Part shown: positions 39,898-52,307 of the stretch, piece by piece
How positions within the stretch are numbered: the stretch's first letter is position 1
How the letters are laid out: every line of letters starts with the position of its first letter
Source: Owenia fusiformis
Taxonomy: Eukaryota
Direction of reading: 5' to 3'
Assembly: GCA_903813345.2 (NCBI GenBank)
Contig: CAIIXF020000001.1
Coordinates: forward strand, 15,996,001 to 16,060,000
DNA length: 64,000 bases
Notes under the pieces: generated by a model
Seen by the model: only the letters and a program-made list of their open reading frames with translations
Told to the model about the DNA's origin: nothing
Database searches by the model: none
Made by a program: the position numbers and the translations under genes

Positions 39898-41617
39898 GTT
39901 ACTTAAAATTGAGAACTGATGTTGTACTTTATAGCTATTAACACTAAACTGAAGCGTTTATTGCCGAGTTATCATATCCCAATGTGATTAATACCTCTCA
40001 ATCTGACAATGGTTTCCTCTGTTATATATTTCATGTTCTTTATTAAACGTGATATTCGTACAGCACTTCCTCGTATAACATCTTTTTACTCTCATTAAAG
40101 GTCGCCAAATTTTAACTCCTTACTTATTGACGATTCACATCAGCCTACAGTGAAACAAAAGATGACGAATATTTTGACAGGTACATTTTTTATGCTTTCA
40201 AATAAATGTAGAGCACCTTGACAAGAGGTTTTGTACTTATAAATATGTAGTTTTTTCTGATTGCTTTTTCAACCTTGTCAATCCTAAGATAAAAAGCACA
40301 ACTGCCAGCTAAATGTTTTTTTCATTTTCTTCAAAACATAGAACTTTTGGAACCACCCGCTAACATACAACTAACTCACTGTTCTTATATCACAGATTTG
40401 AAAATACTTCGCCGTTCCAATTCCTGAGCTTTTAAACCTGTGCATCAATTAGCCGCTTATTACGACACGCTATATTCCATGTTGACTATTGCGTTTCCTG
40501 ATAATATTTTGGACCGGTATAGAGCCATTGGAATAACAAGAAGGCCCATTAATCATATTTTACAGGAAAAACATAGCTATTGAAATCTACTTAAGTCACA
40601 AAATAGATTCTTGAAGCTGATTTTGATTTATAACATAATATATCTTTGATCACTCTTAAATTATATCTGGCATGTTCCCGAATATATATTGCAAGGCATG
40701 AGCCTGGAACCATGAGAGCCAGTAAAACATTTGTTGAATACAGAAATCACAAATTATCTGGTCTAATTCCTGCAATGAGCGGCTAATTCATCAGATTAGC
40801 ATGAGCTAGAATACTGCTTTATCTATGGGATAACCTTCAATGTATAACAGTGCAAGGGCTCAAAGGCATAAACCAATATGTTTTTTATCAACTCAAATTG
40901 TTAAGATGATTTAAGGGTAATGGATTAAGGTTTTCAAGATGGTGACACATTATTGCACAGCTACGTGATTGGAAAAATTGCTTTGAAGAATTAAGCTGAC
41001 ATTATCATTTGAAGGATGCAATATTATCTTAACCGAATAGAATACATGATACAGTTGCCATGGTAATGTTGCAAACTTACGTAGGGGACGTGACATCTCA
41101 TGTGACAACTTGTCGTAAGAAGTCCACAAACTGTGAAAGAGACGACAGGAAGATGAACTTGGCAAGTGATACAAAGACAAACATAAATTCATTAAATAGG
41201 AAATACCAAATTCTACAAAAATAAAATTCAAGGATGTGTCTGCCATGAATATATTTCCCACTGGGGGCCATCATTTTTTACATCAGAAAATGTTTTTTGT
41301 AGATGAACATATATCATTCAAAGCAGATCCCATAGATGTGCACTATGTGTACTCACGCCTTATTCATTTCATTTAGATTGCTTTTATATAAAAATATGTG
41401 GAAATACCTAACCCTAATTATTTTCAATGTTGACAAAGTTCAAAAGGTAAATGATTCACAATGTTGATGTTTATTGGTTATTAAGAGTAAATCTAAAACA
41501 GCGTATTATATAGAATGTTCAACACTAGTGAGTGATACCTAATTGGTATCTTCCATATTTCATGTATTTTACATTTGAAGGGAGACCAAGAAACCCCTCC
41601 TTGGAGGAGTCATGTCT

Positions 41618-41791
41618 CAGGGGTTTCATTAGCAGTGGGCAACAAGCGATTTTCACCATTTGTTTTCACAAAATCGCCTGTTGTTTTTAGGGACTCTTCA
41701 ACTTTTCCATGTTAAATTTTTGATTTCCATTAATGTTGCCTGTTTATTTCATTTATTTAGCCTGTTGTGAGAAATTCTAGTGAAACCCCCG
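41618..41791. mobile_element. MITE with 5-bp TSD
   Basis: TIR CAGGGGTTTCATTA / TAGTGAAACCCCCG; TGTCT duplicated at 41613-41617 and 41792-41796. Confidence 0.8.
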
Positions 41792-42349
41792 TGTCTTCAT
41801 ATTATATATACCAGTACAGACATATAAGTACACATCATAGCCTTTTATACAAGTTGTGGACCACTCAAACATGAAGAATTATGTAATGCAGAAAGTCTGA
41901 ACAGGGAATGGAACCTGGGGTCAAGCAATTGTGGTAACCTTTGCTCTGCTAATGAACCATAGTGGGTGGACTTACTTAAACCTAGATCAATTAATTTTTG
42001 AAATTCATCAAAACTAATTTGCAGCAAAGAAAACATAAAAATTTAGACTAGGAAATATTCTCTTCCCATCATTCAGTTTATGATAAAAAAACTGATCAAT
42101 GATTTATCACACTTAAACTCAAACTTTGCTCTGAAGTGAAATGTCTCAGAATCACATAAACATGTCTCATCTCTTTGATTTTTAACAGTCTAGTCAGTAA
42201 CAACCCCTTGTGTACTCTATCCCAACTTCTTAACTGGTTGGGGGAAACAGAGACCTGATGGATGATAAAATATTATCATTTCACAAATCCAAAACCTACA
42301 ATTATACTCACTGCCTTTCGTAAAAACTACTTAACATAGACAAACTTAC

Positions 42350-42479
42350 CTTTTGGATGTAGGTCAAAGCGAAGATGTCCTTCATTGCTAGGTGTTTTAT
42401 GTATCGTTGCGTCGCAGTCTGCACACAGCATCAGTGGTTTGTGGTTGTTCTTATCTTGGCAGTCGCTATGGTGGCAAAT
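42350..42479 (-). CDS. PLEKHG5: PLEKHG5-like exon encoding the N-terminal Cys/His module (130 nt, phase 0 to 1): ICHHSDCQDKNNHKPLMLCADCDATIHKTPSNEGHLRFDLHPK
   Basis: Acceptor ttattttcag and donor AAG|GTAAGT; strong resemblance to the remembered human long-isoform segment VCHHADCQQLHRRGPLNLCEACDSKFHSTMHYDGHVRFDLPPQ. Confidence 0.9.
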
Positions 42480-45400
42480 CTGAAAATAATAAATACAAAC
42501 ATGTTCACCTCGTTGTCATGGCATTTTACTTGAAAGTTATATGTATAATTATCGAGCTCATATCATTTAGAAACATTTAACTTTTATTCATTTTTTAAAA
42601 AAAGATATTGTGAGTTAACACTTTAATGAAAGTATACCTGATAAAGTCCATCCTCAAACATGCCTAAGTACTATACTTATCCTATCCTAATTTAACTGAA
42701 GTATATCATAATGTCATTGGTACTATAGGATCAAATTAACTATACAGGTTTTAAAGTAGATATTTTAGTACCAACCTCAATTCAAGTTTTTTAAGGTCAC
42801 ATAAAACAGTTTTGAAAATCAAGTTAATTCTGAATGTTTCATTACTAAATGTCAATACGCGCTTTCAATCTAAGAATTCAGTGGATTCAATGAATTTCTT
42901 TCCCATTCAAATTAAGAATCCTAATTTTCTATACAACAAGGTCTCATTGATGACAGTTAATTGGCAAAACATGTAAACATTCACAAGGTCATAATTTCAT
43001 TGAAAAAATTGACGGAAACCTTATCTGGGACAAAAACATAGAAACCATTAAAGAAAATGTCAGACTTCCCTAAAGCGCAAAGAAATGCTGTAACATGAGG
43101 TATTTACCCATCATTCAACCATTAAGTAGTCGGACACTGGCCAATTATCTTATCTGATAGAGAATTCTTCTCAGGGGTTTGCATAAGAGACAGATGATAT
43201 AATATACGAAAGTGATACTTTATTATAACAGTAATGACTGAATGGTAGACTCTGGAAAGTTCAAAACAACTAAGAGGTTATGGTTCGGTGATCTTTTAGT
43301 ATTATTTCACTCAAATACAATCCTCAAACATTAATTTATCCTTGATATCCCTATGAGCACAAATCTTATCCCGATGAGCACAAATTTTATTCAAAATTGT
43401 TTTCATAAAATAATATAAAAAGTCGCATTATAAGTACCTGAATCCTAACAACTAACATCTCATTTAGTCAAGCTTACGTATTAATATCCAATAAAGATCT
43501 TGTATCTGAAGCAATTAATCAGGTTCCATCTCAACATTATTGATAACGCAGTAAATTGGCAGTCAAAATAGCTAGTTCACAAACTAATCTGTAGGTCATT
43601 CAACTTCCGATAGACTTAACCCTTATGAGAATCAAAATAATACGACTTTGAATAATTTTTCCAAAATTTCTCTAAAATCATATGAAATTCACTCTATAGA
43701 ATATGACGTAACTGCATATAGTAGTATGATATAGCTGTAAAGGGTATATGTTTTTATTGTAAAAGTAAAGATTTCCCTACACAAGACCTCATGGAGAAAC
43801 TGTAAGGGTGATCACATGAAGCAATGAAGATAAAAGATGAGTTGGACAATATGGGAATTGAATGAGGCCCTGGTGTGAATGTCACTCGTGAGTCCATTGT
43901 TTTACATAAACCATATACACACGATGTACATGTTTTATCAATAATTCAACCTGTTTATATGAATTTTTATCACCTTATGAACTTTAAACCCAGTTGTTGT
44001 AATAGCCCATATGCAGCAGGTATAATTCAACTTGACAGCTAAAAGTTCAAACAAAAAAACATACATACAAAAAAAATGTTATGAGTATTGTTTTGAAAAC
44101 ACTCAAGCCTCCAATATATCATCTACTTCAACAAAACTGTAAGTCTTTGTTAAAAATCAGAAGCACTTTTGAATCCCATTAAATTGTGTGTCTGACATCT
44201 TCCTACACAAATATATTTATTCATTTTCTCTATATGTTTGATGTTACACTCATCAAGGCAGGTTAACATTCAACAACATAGCAGTAATACAGTATATACC
44301 TGGATATAAAGTTTTTTGCTGATCCCAGAAATTTCACCACCTACCATTTGTTACAGATTCCAACCGCCAAACACCAAGCACTGAGCATCAACCTCTAAAC
44401 ACCATCCACAAAAAGTTGAAGACTATAACAATATGTCACCAGTGACCTATGGTAGTGACATTAAAATGAAGAATGGTTGTAAGATTCATATTCAAAGAAA
44501 AAAGAATCTTATGACTTATCCAAGTGCTTAATAGGAATGGCATCTATGGTTGGAAAATTGTATAATAGACATATTACTAGATTCATTGACGCACTTCATG
44601 TTGTTTATGGGTTTCATACCCAAAGATAAATCAACCCAATTTTTTACTATCAGATTCATTGATTATTTTACATATTGCGTATATGACCATGTCATACTAT
44701 TTACTTTAGAACCTTCCTCAGGAATAAATGTCTGAATATTCTAATTATAAAACTCCCTTATATATATTTTTCACTCAAAGAATGGGAAAAAGTATTTAAG
44801 GGTGTGGGTGGGCGCAGTCACTCCTAAAAGTGAACCATGGGGCCAATATTGACAAATATAACAAAGCAGAAAAAGTAATATCTGAAGATGGACTAACACT
44901 ACTTATTTACTCTCCAAAATAATCTTAAGATAATATAGATTGAAGTCTCCTTCATCATCTCATCCATTTGTCAACACTTGAGTCTATAGATGCATTGTTG
45001 CAGCATCATGATGAATGATTGATGGTCTCGGAGAGGTCTTGTCCCATGAATTCAGTTAAGTGAGTTATGATGTCATCTCAAATCTCCCCCCAAAGCAAAC
45101 ACTTACAGATCTGTGTAATGAACTGTATGGGAAACAAAGGAGAAAGAAACCAAAGATTTGACATGAGAAAATGCCTTCATACTCTGCTGGATTTGGATTT
45201 GCCACTAACATAAAGGAAAAAGGAATGAACAAGGCATTAACATGCAAAATGTCACCACCAGCCATTTGTTACAGACACCAAGTGCCGATCACAAACTTCC
45301 AAACACCAACCACCTTCCACAAGTCAATTGGTACAGTACCTATTTGATGTTATTTTCCTCTTGAACCAGGTGCCCCTTTTCTTTCAATATATTTTTGTTG

Positions 45401-48400
45401 ACAAACATGTACATATATACCTATTTCAAAGATAAGTACAGTACATAAGCTGACGCAACACTATATACTGTACATAGCTGACATAATTCCCAGTGCAAGT
45501 TGCTGCTCATAATCCTGGTCAATGCGGGCAAATCTCCCACATTGCCATTCCTGTGCATGGAAACAATTTCTAATTCAATATTCGAGACAATAAAATATAT
45601 CTCATCCCTCGAGACATGTACGATACCATATATTTCAATTGATCATTGAATTAGACAAAAAATGAACTGCCGTCAAAATTTTTTTATGCCTTTTCTAAGA
45701 ATTTGGTTCAAATAGGTATAAAGGATGTATTATTTGCAGTGCCAATCATTCGCCTACGCTCTTTCACTTGTCATCTTGATCAAAGCCATTGCAATACTTT
45801 AATAGGGAATCTTTTCACACTGGTTAAGACGCACACAAAAACAAACAACAAACAAAATTGCACAAAAACAAACAAACAAAAACCTAAACTCTCGTGTTGT
45901 TTTTTTACTTGTTTGACAAAATCATTATCTATGTAATAATTGATTTTTAGAACTAGATATTTATAGCTCGTTATTACATGACGTAATGAAAGTGTTCGAG
46001 ATAATGCCTCAGGGAGAATACCTTCATGTCAGTGAGTGATGAGAACAGTTAAGTAAAATATATTTTATTTGTTGATGGTAATTATCCATCGACCAAAAGT
46101 CAACTTAGGCTATTGAAATATATTATAGGCCGAATATTAAAAATGAACATGTAAAATGTCACCACCTGCCATTTGTTACAGACACCAAACACCAACTGCT
46201 GAACAGCATCCACAAAAAGTAAAAAGAAAGATTTTAAGAATGGTGGTCACATTATAATCATATTTCAGTCATGTAAGAAAAACAATTGTGGTCCTGAAGA
46301 GATATCAAAAGTCAAAAAACTAAACAATTCCAAGAATCGTAAATAATTTTTCTTATATTGGAGCTTACCTTTTTGTATTGACTTTCACATAGCATCATGG
46401 TCTAAGTAAACTTTTTGCAACATTAAAAAGGCATCTAAAATATCCCTAATCCACAGAGTATTCCTATAGAATTGGTATATTCAATCCTTCTCTTGACAAG
46501 TTTTCTATTTGTGTCGGTGACATAGAAAAACTATTTTCAAAACATTCCCATCATTCATTCTTTAACTCAAATTTCTAATCTGATTGTCTCAGCTGTGCTC
46601 AATGGATTTTGTCCCCATCAATACAAACAGGATCTGCCATATCCTGAATCTCCTCACCATCAACCTCTTTTCTATGATGAATTTTTATTTTCTGTCAAAA
46701 ATATCTTGATGAAACACCTGATAACGGTGGTTTGATCGAAAAATGCAAGTTGACTCATATACCCTTGATGATGTTGGTTTAACATGTTTTCACATGTAAT
46801 TTATTGATATATTGCACTTGAATTGAAAGTTATACGAGAAATGAGACAAGGGTGGCACCTTCCCAAGTAAGTCCCCTCCATATAAGTTAACCTCATGTAG
46901 GCCTGCATGTCAAACTGAAGTTTGTAGTTTTACACTTGAAATCATTTTTTCAAGTTAAGTTGCCTCAAACGCTTACCACAAAATATAGAGGTCATTGTTT
47001 GTCTCTGTAGGTTGCTAAGTTGATCGTTTTAAAAAAAAGTGACACACAATTTGTTGTGGTGAATAAATGATGAAATTAGGTGTACAGGTATAAGCATTTA
47101 AATTTAAAAAAACTTAAAAAAACTATTCTTATAAATTATTTAAAATCATATTATAATTTATTAAGAAGTACTTATGTCTTACATAATTAATCTATGTTAA
47201 ATTGAAAAGTATCCTTTAAAGAATAATATTTATTATTACAAGGTCAATAATAACATCAACAAAACCTGTTTGACCTTAACTATATTTAACCATTATCTCC
47301 CTATCCAGAGGTAATGTATTATCATCCAATAAGACACATTTAAATTCAGAAAAAAGTGACATTGAGTTTAAATAACTTTAATCCATTTTGCATTCAGAAC
47401 ACGCAATGTTGTCTAATCGGTGAAACATTGAAAGAGACGAAAGGCCAAGCAGTCATAACCAATCAAAGCAAGTTATTATTACATATATTTTATGAATGGT
47501 CCCCGATCAAAATGTGCGTATTTAATTGAAATTGCATGTTGTGGTTTGACAGAATATTCAAAAATATTTTTCACATTTTTCCAAAAATTGTTTATGACAT
47601 TTCTTTTCTTCTTCACTACAATCAAAAAAATGATCAAAAGAACATGTTCAACAAGTTCAGTTTTCGAGAAAGTGTCATATTTCAAATAACATGAGACAAA
47701 TCAACATTCCAATGCATTTTTCCTTTTACATTCAACATTCAGTTTAGTTTGATTTGAGATTAAAGAATTCAACAAATTACAATTTTGAAAGCTCTGACAT
47801 GTTCATGTAAAACTCTGGCATACTTTCAATATCACCCAGCCAATTTTCTATTGCATTTACCTAACCTTTAATTGTATATACAGAGACCTAGCTGCTGAAT
47901 TGACGTCTATAGATACAAGTTCTTGAAGTTATCATTATAGGTTGCCATCTATTTAACCTACAACAGCATATAATTACTGTTACTTCATATGGGGTATGCA
48001 AAATTATTCCATAATATAAACTAGAAAATGGCAACTCCACGGAGTAGCAAATCCCAACGAACACTATATACTTAAGTAAATCATCAATCTGTACAGCCAC
48101 AATGTAATATTTACCATCTACTCTTACCTTCAATAAATATTTTAAATCATTGTACTATCATGTAACCATACTTTCAAGATTACTCTAAGTAATTGCGAAT
48201 TTCTGCTCTAGTCAGCCATTTTGAATTTTCAGAGGCGCAAATCAGAAAAAACAATGCCATAATTATGATCTACTCTGAAATACCTTCAATTTGAGTATAA
48301 TATAGCCATACTTTGAGGAGATTAGAAAATAATTGCGAAATCCCGCATAAGTGGCCATTTTGAGTTTTTTGAGGCCCGAATCAAAAAAACGCTACAATAT

Positions 48401-48470
48401 TAACAATCTCCTCTAAATTGCCTTTCATTTGAGTATAATAAAGCTATACCGTCTTCAAAAACATCTCATA

Positions 48471-49545
48471 CGAGGGTTGTCCCATAAGTCTTGAAATTTT
48501 TATTCTAATTCAAAAAGATTTTGATGAATTTGGCTGAAAATTGGTATATATCAAGATCAATCAATTATCTTCAACATGTGATAGTTTCATAACAAAATTA
48601 TGAACTTGAGTAACTATTATGGTTGCTATGGTAACCGGGGGAGTCGGGGGGTGGGGCAGTAATGAAATATAGTAAAAATGTAAAATGGAGCCGTGGGAGT
48701 ATTAAGGATTTTAAAGGATGGTATGTATCTTAAATTGTGAATCACCTGTCAAGATTGACAAAAACACTGTATTCTTGGTAAAATCTTATGAAATACCTCT
48801 GTGATGTCATAATAAACTAGCACAATTGCTCAATTTTGGTACAGAGCCACAGCATTTTGAAAATCAAAATGGCAGGGATTTTGTCACCAGATGTTAAATC
48901 TTTGCGTGCAGTTGTGCAATACCACGCCTCCTTAAGGCATACACCTACACAAACAAGAACAACCATGGAAAAAGTATATAGACAGTAAACTCCAAGTGCA
49001 CCTACCTACAATATGGAGGTGATAGAAGAAGTTAAAAACTGGAGATACCAGCCTGGAAGATCCTCCTAGAAGTGGAAGGCCAAAATCCAGTGACAATCTC
49101 ATATCACATATTGCAGATAGAGTAGGCCTATAAGGGCTGAAATGAGAACTACTCAGTGTAGGAAGATCGCTTAGACTTTGATATTAGTAAGAGTACTGCT
49201 CACAGAGTGATGAAGAAAGACCTTTGGATGTCAAAGGTAGCCCCTAGATTCATTCCACATATTCTGACAGAGGAGCAGAAAAGGCAACGTGTTGAGCTGA
49301 GCCAGGGGTTCCCAAATCCTTAATTTTTACGTCATATTTGTATTTTTATCCTGTTTTCTGCCCCGGGTACCCCCAACATTCCATTTTTAATCATCTGTAA
49401 CATTACCAAATGATCTTATTATGCTATGAAACTTACAGAGATAGTAGAAATATATCTACGTTAGAAAATGTGAAATTTTTATCATTGTATCTCAAATATT
49501 CTATGAATAAGAATAAAAATTTCAAGACTTATGGGACAACCCTCG
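48471..49545 (+). mobile_element. Internally deleted Tc1/mariner (mariner-type) DNA transposon
   Basis: TA flanks and 36-bp perfect TIR CGAGGGTTGTCCCATAAGTCTTGAAATTTTTATTCT; contains a transposase remnant. Confidence 0.9.
48869..49305 (+). pseudogene. Mariner transposase N-terminal (HTH/linker) remnant with stops and frameshifts
   Basis: Translates across frames to MAGILSPDVKSLRAVVQYH..., KTGDTSLEDPPRSGRPKS and ISKSTAHRVMKKDLWMSKVAPRFIPHILTEEQKRQRVELS (RSGRP motif and WVPHEL-like linker). No DDD catalytic region is present. Confidence 0.85.
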
Positions 49546-49547
49546 TA

Positions 49548-49929
49548 ATTAACGCAAATTCCTGTTCTCCCGATCCCCCATTTACGGCCCCTGGGGGTCA
49601 GGGTGGAAAACCCAGGATATATATGAATTAGATAGATGTTGTTAATATACTACCAAAATTTCAATTAATAATATTTATTATTTTAGTTTAAAATGAAAAA
49701 CATAAGATTTTTGCAAAAAATTCCCGCCATTTTTAAACTGGCGGCCATCTTGAAAAATTTTTTTTTGCGTAAAACTATTGACCAGTATACATCTTTCCAC
49801 CAAATATGAAGAAAATCTGTCCACTAGTATTCGAGTTATCTTCCGGACAGACAGATGGACTGACTGACGGACTGACAGACTGACAGACTGACAGACTGAC
49901 GGACTGACAGACTTCGTTCGTTGGGATAA
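49548..49929 (-). mobile_element. HINE/pearl-like element, same terminus as 5889-6356; may continue at about 48140-48468 on the other side of the mariner
   Basis: The minus strand begins TTATCCCAACGAACGAAGT, followed by a (GTCA/GTCC/GTCT) microsatellite (49846-49912) and AAGATGGCCGCC/AAAATGGCG motifs. Confidence 0.6.
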
Positions 49930-50590
49930 CAAGGCATTAACATGATAAAATATCACTTCAGTATGTGGTTCAAAAGGTGTAACAAGTGTTACAGATGTAC
50001 TGATCATGGGATAAATCGATATTTACTGGATGGACAAACAGACTTAGGATGTATTCCTTAGATTACTTGGTTAATACATGTTTATTGAGATATTAAATAA
50101 ATTATCTGATTGTCTTTCCAAAAATATTTATAAAATTCAAAGTAGCTTATCTAACTGATAAAGGGCACATGCACTTGTTGATTTCAAATACATACGGTAA
50201 GCATCTAACATAAAACCAATTTTAGGAAAATAGCACTGTAACAAATATACAGCTGTGATAGAAAAATGCACTTCCTACACAATAATCAAATTATCACAAT
50301 CTATAATGACAACACAATAATCGAGGGATCCTATCTCAATGTACCTTAAGATTCAAGCAATCATCATCCACAAAGACCACGAAGTCAATAGTTATAACTG
50401 ACTTTGATGGTACAATGCAATAACACTTTAATGGCCTTACAATGGTCCAACACTACAATGCAACATATGAGACTGCATACCATAAACCCTTTTTAAAACT
50501 TGGATTTTACTAAAAAGAGCAACATGAAGCTTCCTTATGTACTCGGCTCTAAACCAAAAGGGTACTGTACACAAAAAATAACAATCAAAT

Positions 50591-51346
50591 ATGGCGTCGG
50601 CAAATCCAGTCGCTGAAAAAACTAACATGGCAGAATCTTCAAGAAATACGCTTGTCAAAGAACTTTTAGAAGCTCTCAGGCCTGAACTTAATGAAATAAA
50701 AACACTACAAGCAAATTTGGAAGGTAGTTTCGGAGAGCTATCGACGAAAATGGAAGAAAAGATCGAAAAAATCAACAACGATTTTTCGGATTTGAAAGAA
50801 AAAATGGAGAAAAGACCGGAATTGATAGGCGGAATGCGCGAACTACAGATAAAAAACATTGAAGTGAACATGTCTCTCAGAAGAAACAATGTCATTATTT
50901 ATGATCTTCCAGAGGAAAGGACGGAAATTCCCATCAAAGCGGCAGAAACTGAGTTAACAAAACTCTGTCCCGTCCGGGTGCTGAATGCGTACAGAATCGG
51001 ACGCTTAGAACAACAACAAATTAAAACTAAAGCTAGACCATTGATAGTACAACTTGCAGATGCACCAACGGCTGAACAAATCAGATCAAAGGCGTGGGTT
51101 AAAAAACCACCTATAAAAAGTAAAATCGGTGAAGACCTGCCGGAAGAAGCACGCAATATAAAAAGTCAAGCCTTCAAAACGTATATTAAACCTGCAAAAG
51201 AGGGCCAGAAAAAGTACAGATGGGCAGGCTTGCATCTATGGATCGACGGAAAGAAAGTAAACCTGGATGCCATCTACACAGAAGTGCTAAGCAAGACCAG
51301 AAACAGGGATGAAAAACAGCCCAGGGCCACACTCAAAGACGATTAA
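50591..51346 (+). CDS. LINE ORF1p (coiled coil followed by an RRM-like and C-terminal domain)
   Basis: 251 aa. A heptad-rich N-terminus is followed by RRNNVIIYDLPE, AYRIGR, ARPLIVQL and IGEDLPEE motifs typical of LINE ORF1 proteins. Confidence 0.85.
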   Translation: MASANPVAEKTNMAESSRNTLVKELLEALRPELNEIKTLQANLEGSFGELSTKMEEKIEKINNDFSDLKEKMEKRPELIGGMRELQIKNIEVNMSLRRNNVIIYDLPEERTEIPIKAAETELTKLCPVRVLNAYRIGRLEQQQIKTKARPLIVQLADAPTAEQIRSKAWVKKPPIKSKIGEDLPEEARNIKSQAFKTYIKPAKEGQKKYRWAGLHLWIDGKKVNLDAIYTEVLSKTRNRDEKQPRATLKDD

Positions 51347-52307
51347 GAGACAACAACCCTGAGAAAATGTTTTACCGTCAGACAAAAATACAGTATCAAA
51401 ACCCGTTAATTTCCACACTAAATAACTCCCCTCATAAGTCAACAGAAACTTATATTACGCTAATATTATCAGTTTTATCGAGAAAGTAAATTATGATATT
51501 TTCTCTTCACAAAAATAGAGGACGAAGGGGTTGAAAACATGAAACAAAAACAAGGAAGTAATTAGCATTCCAAGGTAAAAACACACATATTTGTTTATCA
51601 ATAAAGCCGTTACTAGGTAATCGATACGCTGCGCGCGCATAACGCTGGCTCAACCAATCAAAATGAATTACCTTCCTCAATGACGTCAGCGGAAAAGAAA
51701 AATTCAAAAATCATATAATTCCAGCAAATACTCAACTTTACAACCTAATCATAAGAAGTTTGCGATAATAACACGCGAGAGGCCGGCTTTACCTAGCGCT
51801 TCATGTATTTTACCCCCAGTCCTAGACAATACAAAGAGGGATAAACACTGACAATTCCAAGGTAAAATTATCTTCGCTTTTTCAAAAAACAGTTTCCATT
51901 TTCAGGTCACTGTGACTGTAGGCTAGATCAATTTTTTATTTATTTTTAGGCTAATAGTATCGGAGTTAATGTAAACCACAGCCTATAGCACAATCAAAGT
52001 CTAAAAAGCAAACCTCAACTCCGTTTCAATCGCACAAGAAAATAATTTTCAAGGAGTACCCAAGAAGTCTCAATCCCACATGAAAATTGACCGATTAGCT
52101 TTTCAGGTTGATTTGTCAATTTCTCCTCAATCTTCTCATTCTTTGCAACTTTTGTATTTCTATCTTTTTTTTTTAAAAAAATGAGGCATTTTCCTAAGTG
52201 CCTTAAAAACATAGAAAAGTGTCAAATAAAAGACATTAGAGCTATTATGTATACAAAAAAGGGGGCAGGGGTAATTGCAAGAGGGCCTATATACAAATAC
52301 AAGGACG

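Noticed and set aside
42305-42349. Alternative donor GTGAGT about 38 nt downstream of the Cys/His exon
   Set aside because: The extension includes an in-frame TAG, so it is not a coding alternative.
46380-46780. Possible decayed non-LTR RT fragment on the minus strand (GYGRSC, NVAKS)
   Set aside because: The similarity is too weak to support by eye.
50500-50583. snRNA, tRNA or rRNA target site as used by known target-specific Tx1 families
   Set aside because: The flanks do not resemble any structural RNA gene I recognise; they match the local 61-bp unit.
51781-51840. HDV-like ribozyme in the LINE spacer (starts GGCCGGC)
   Set aside because: No complementary P1 3' strand or nested pseudoknot could be found downstream.
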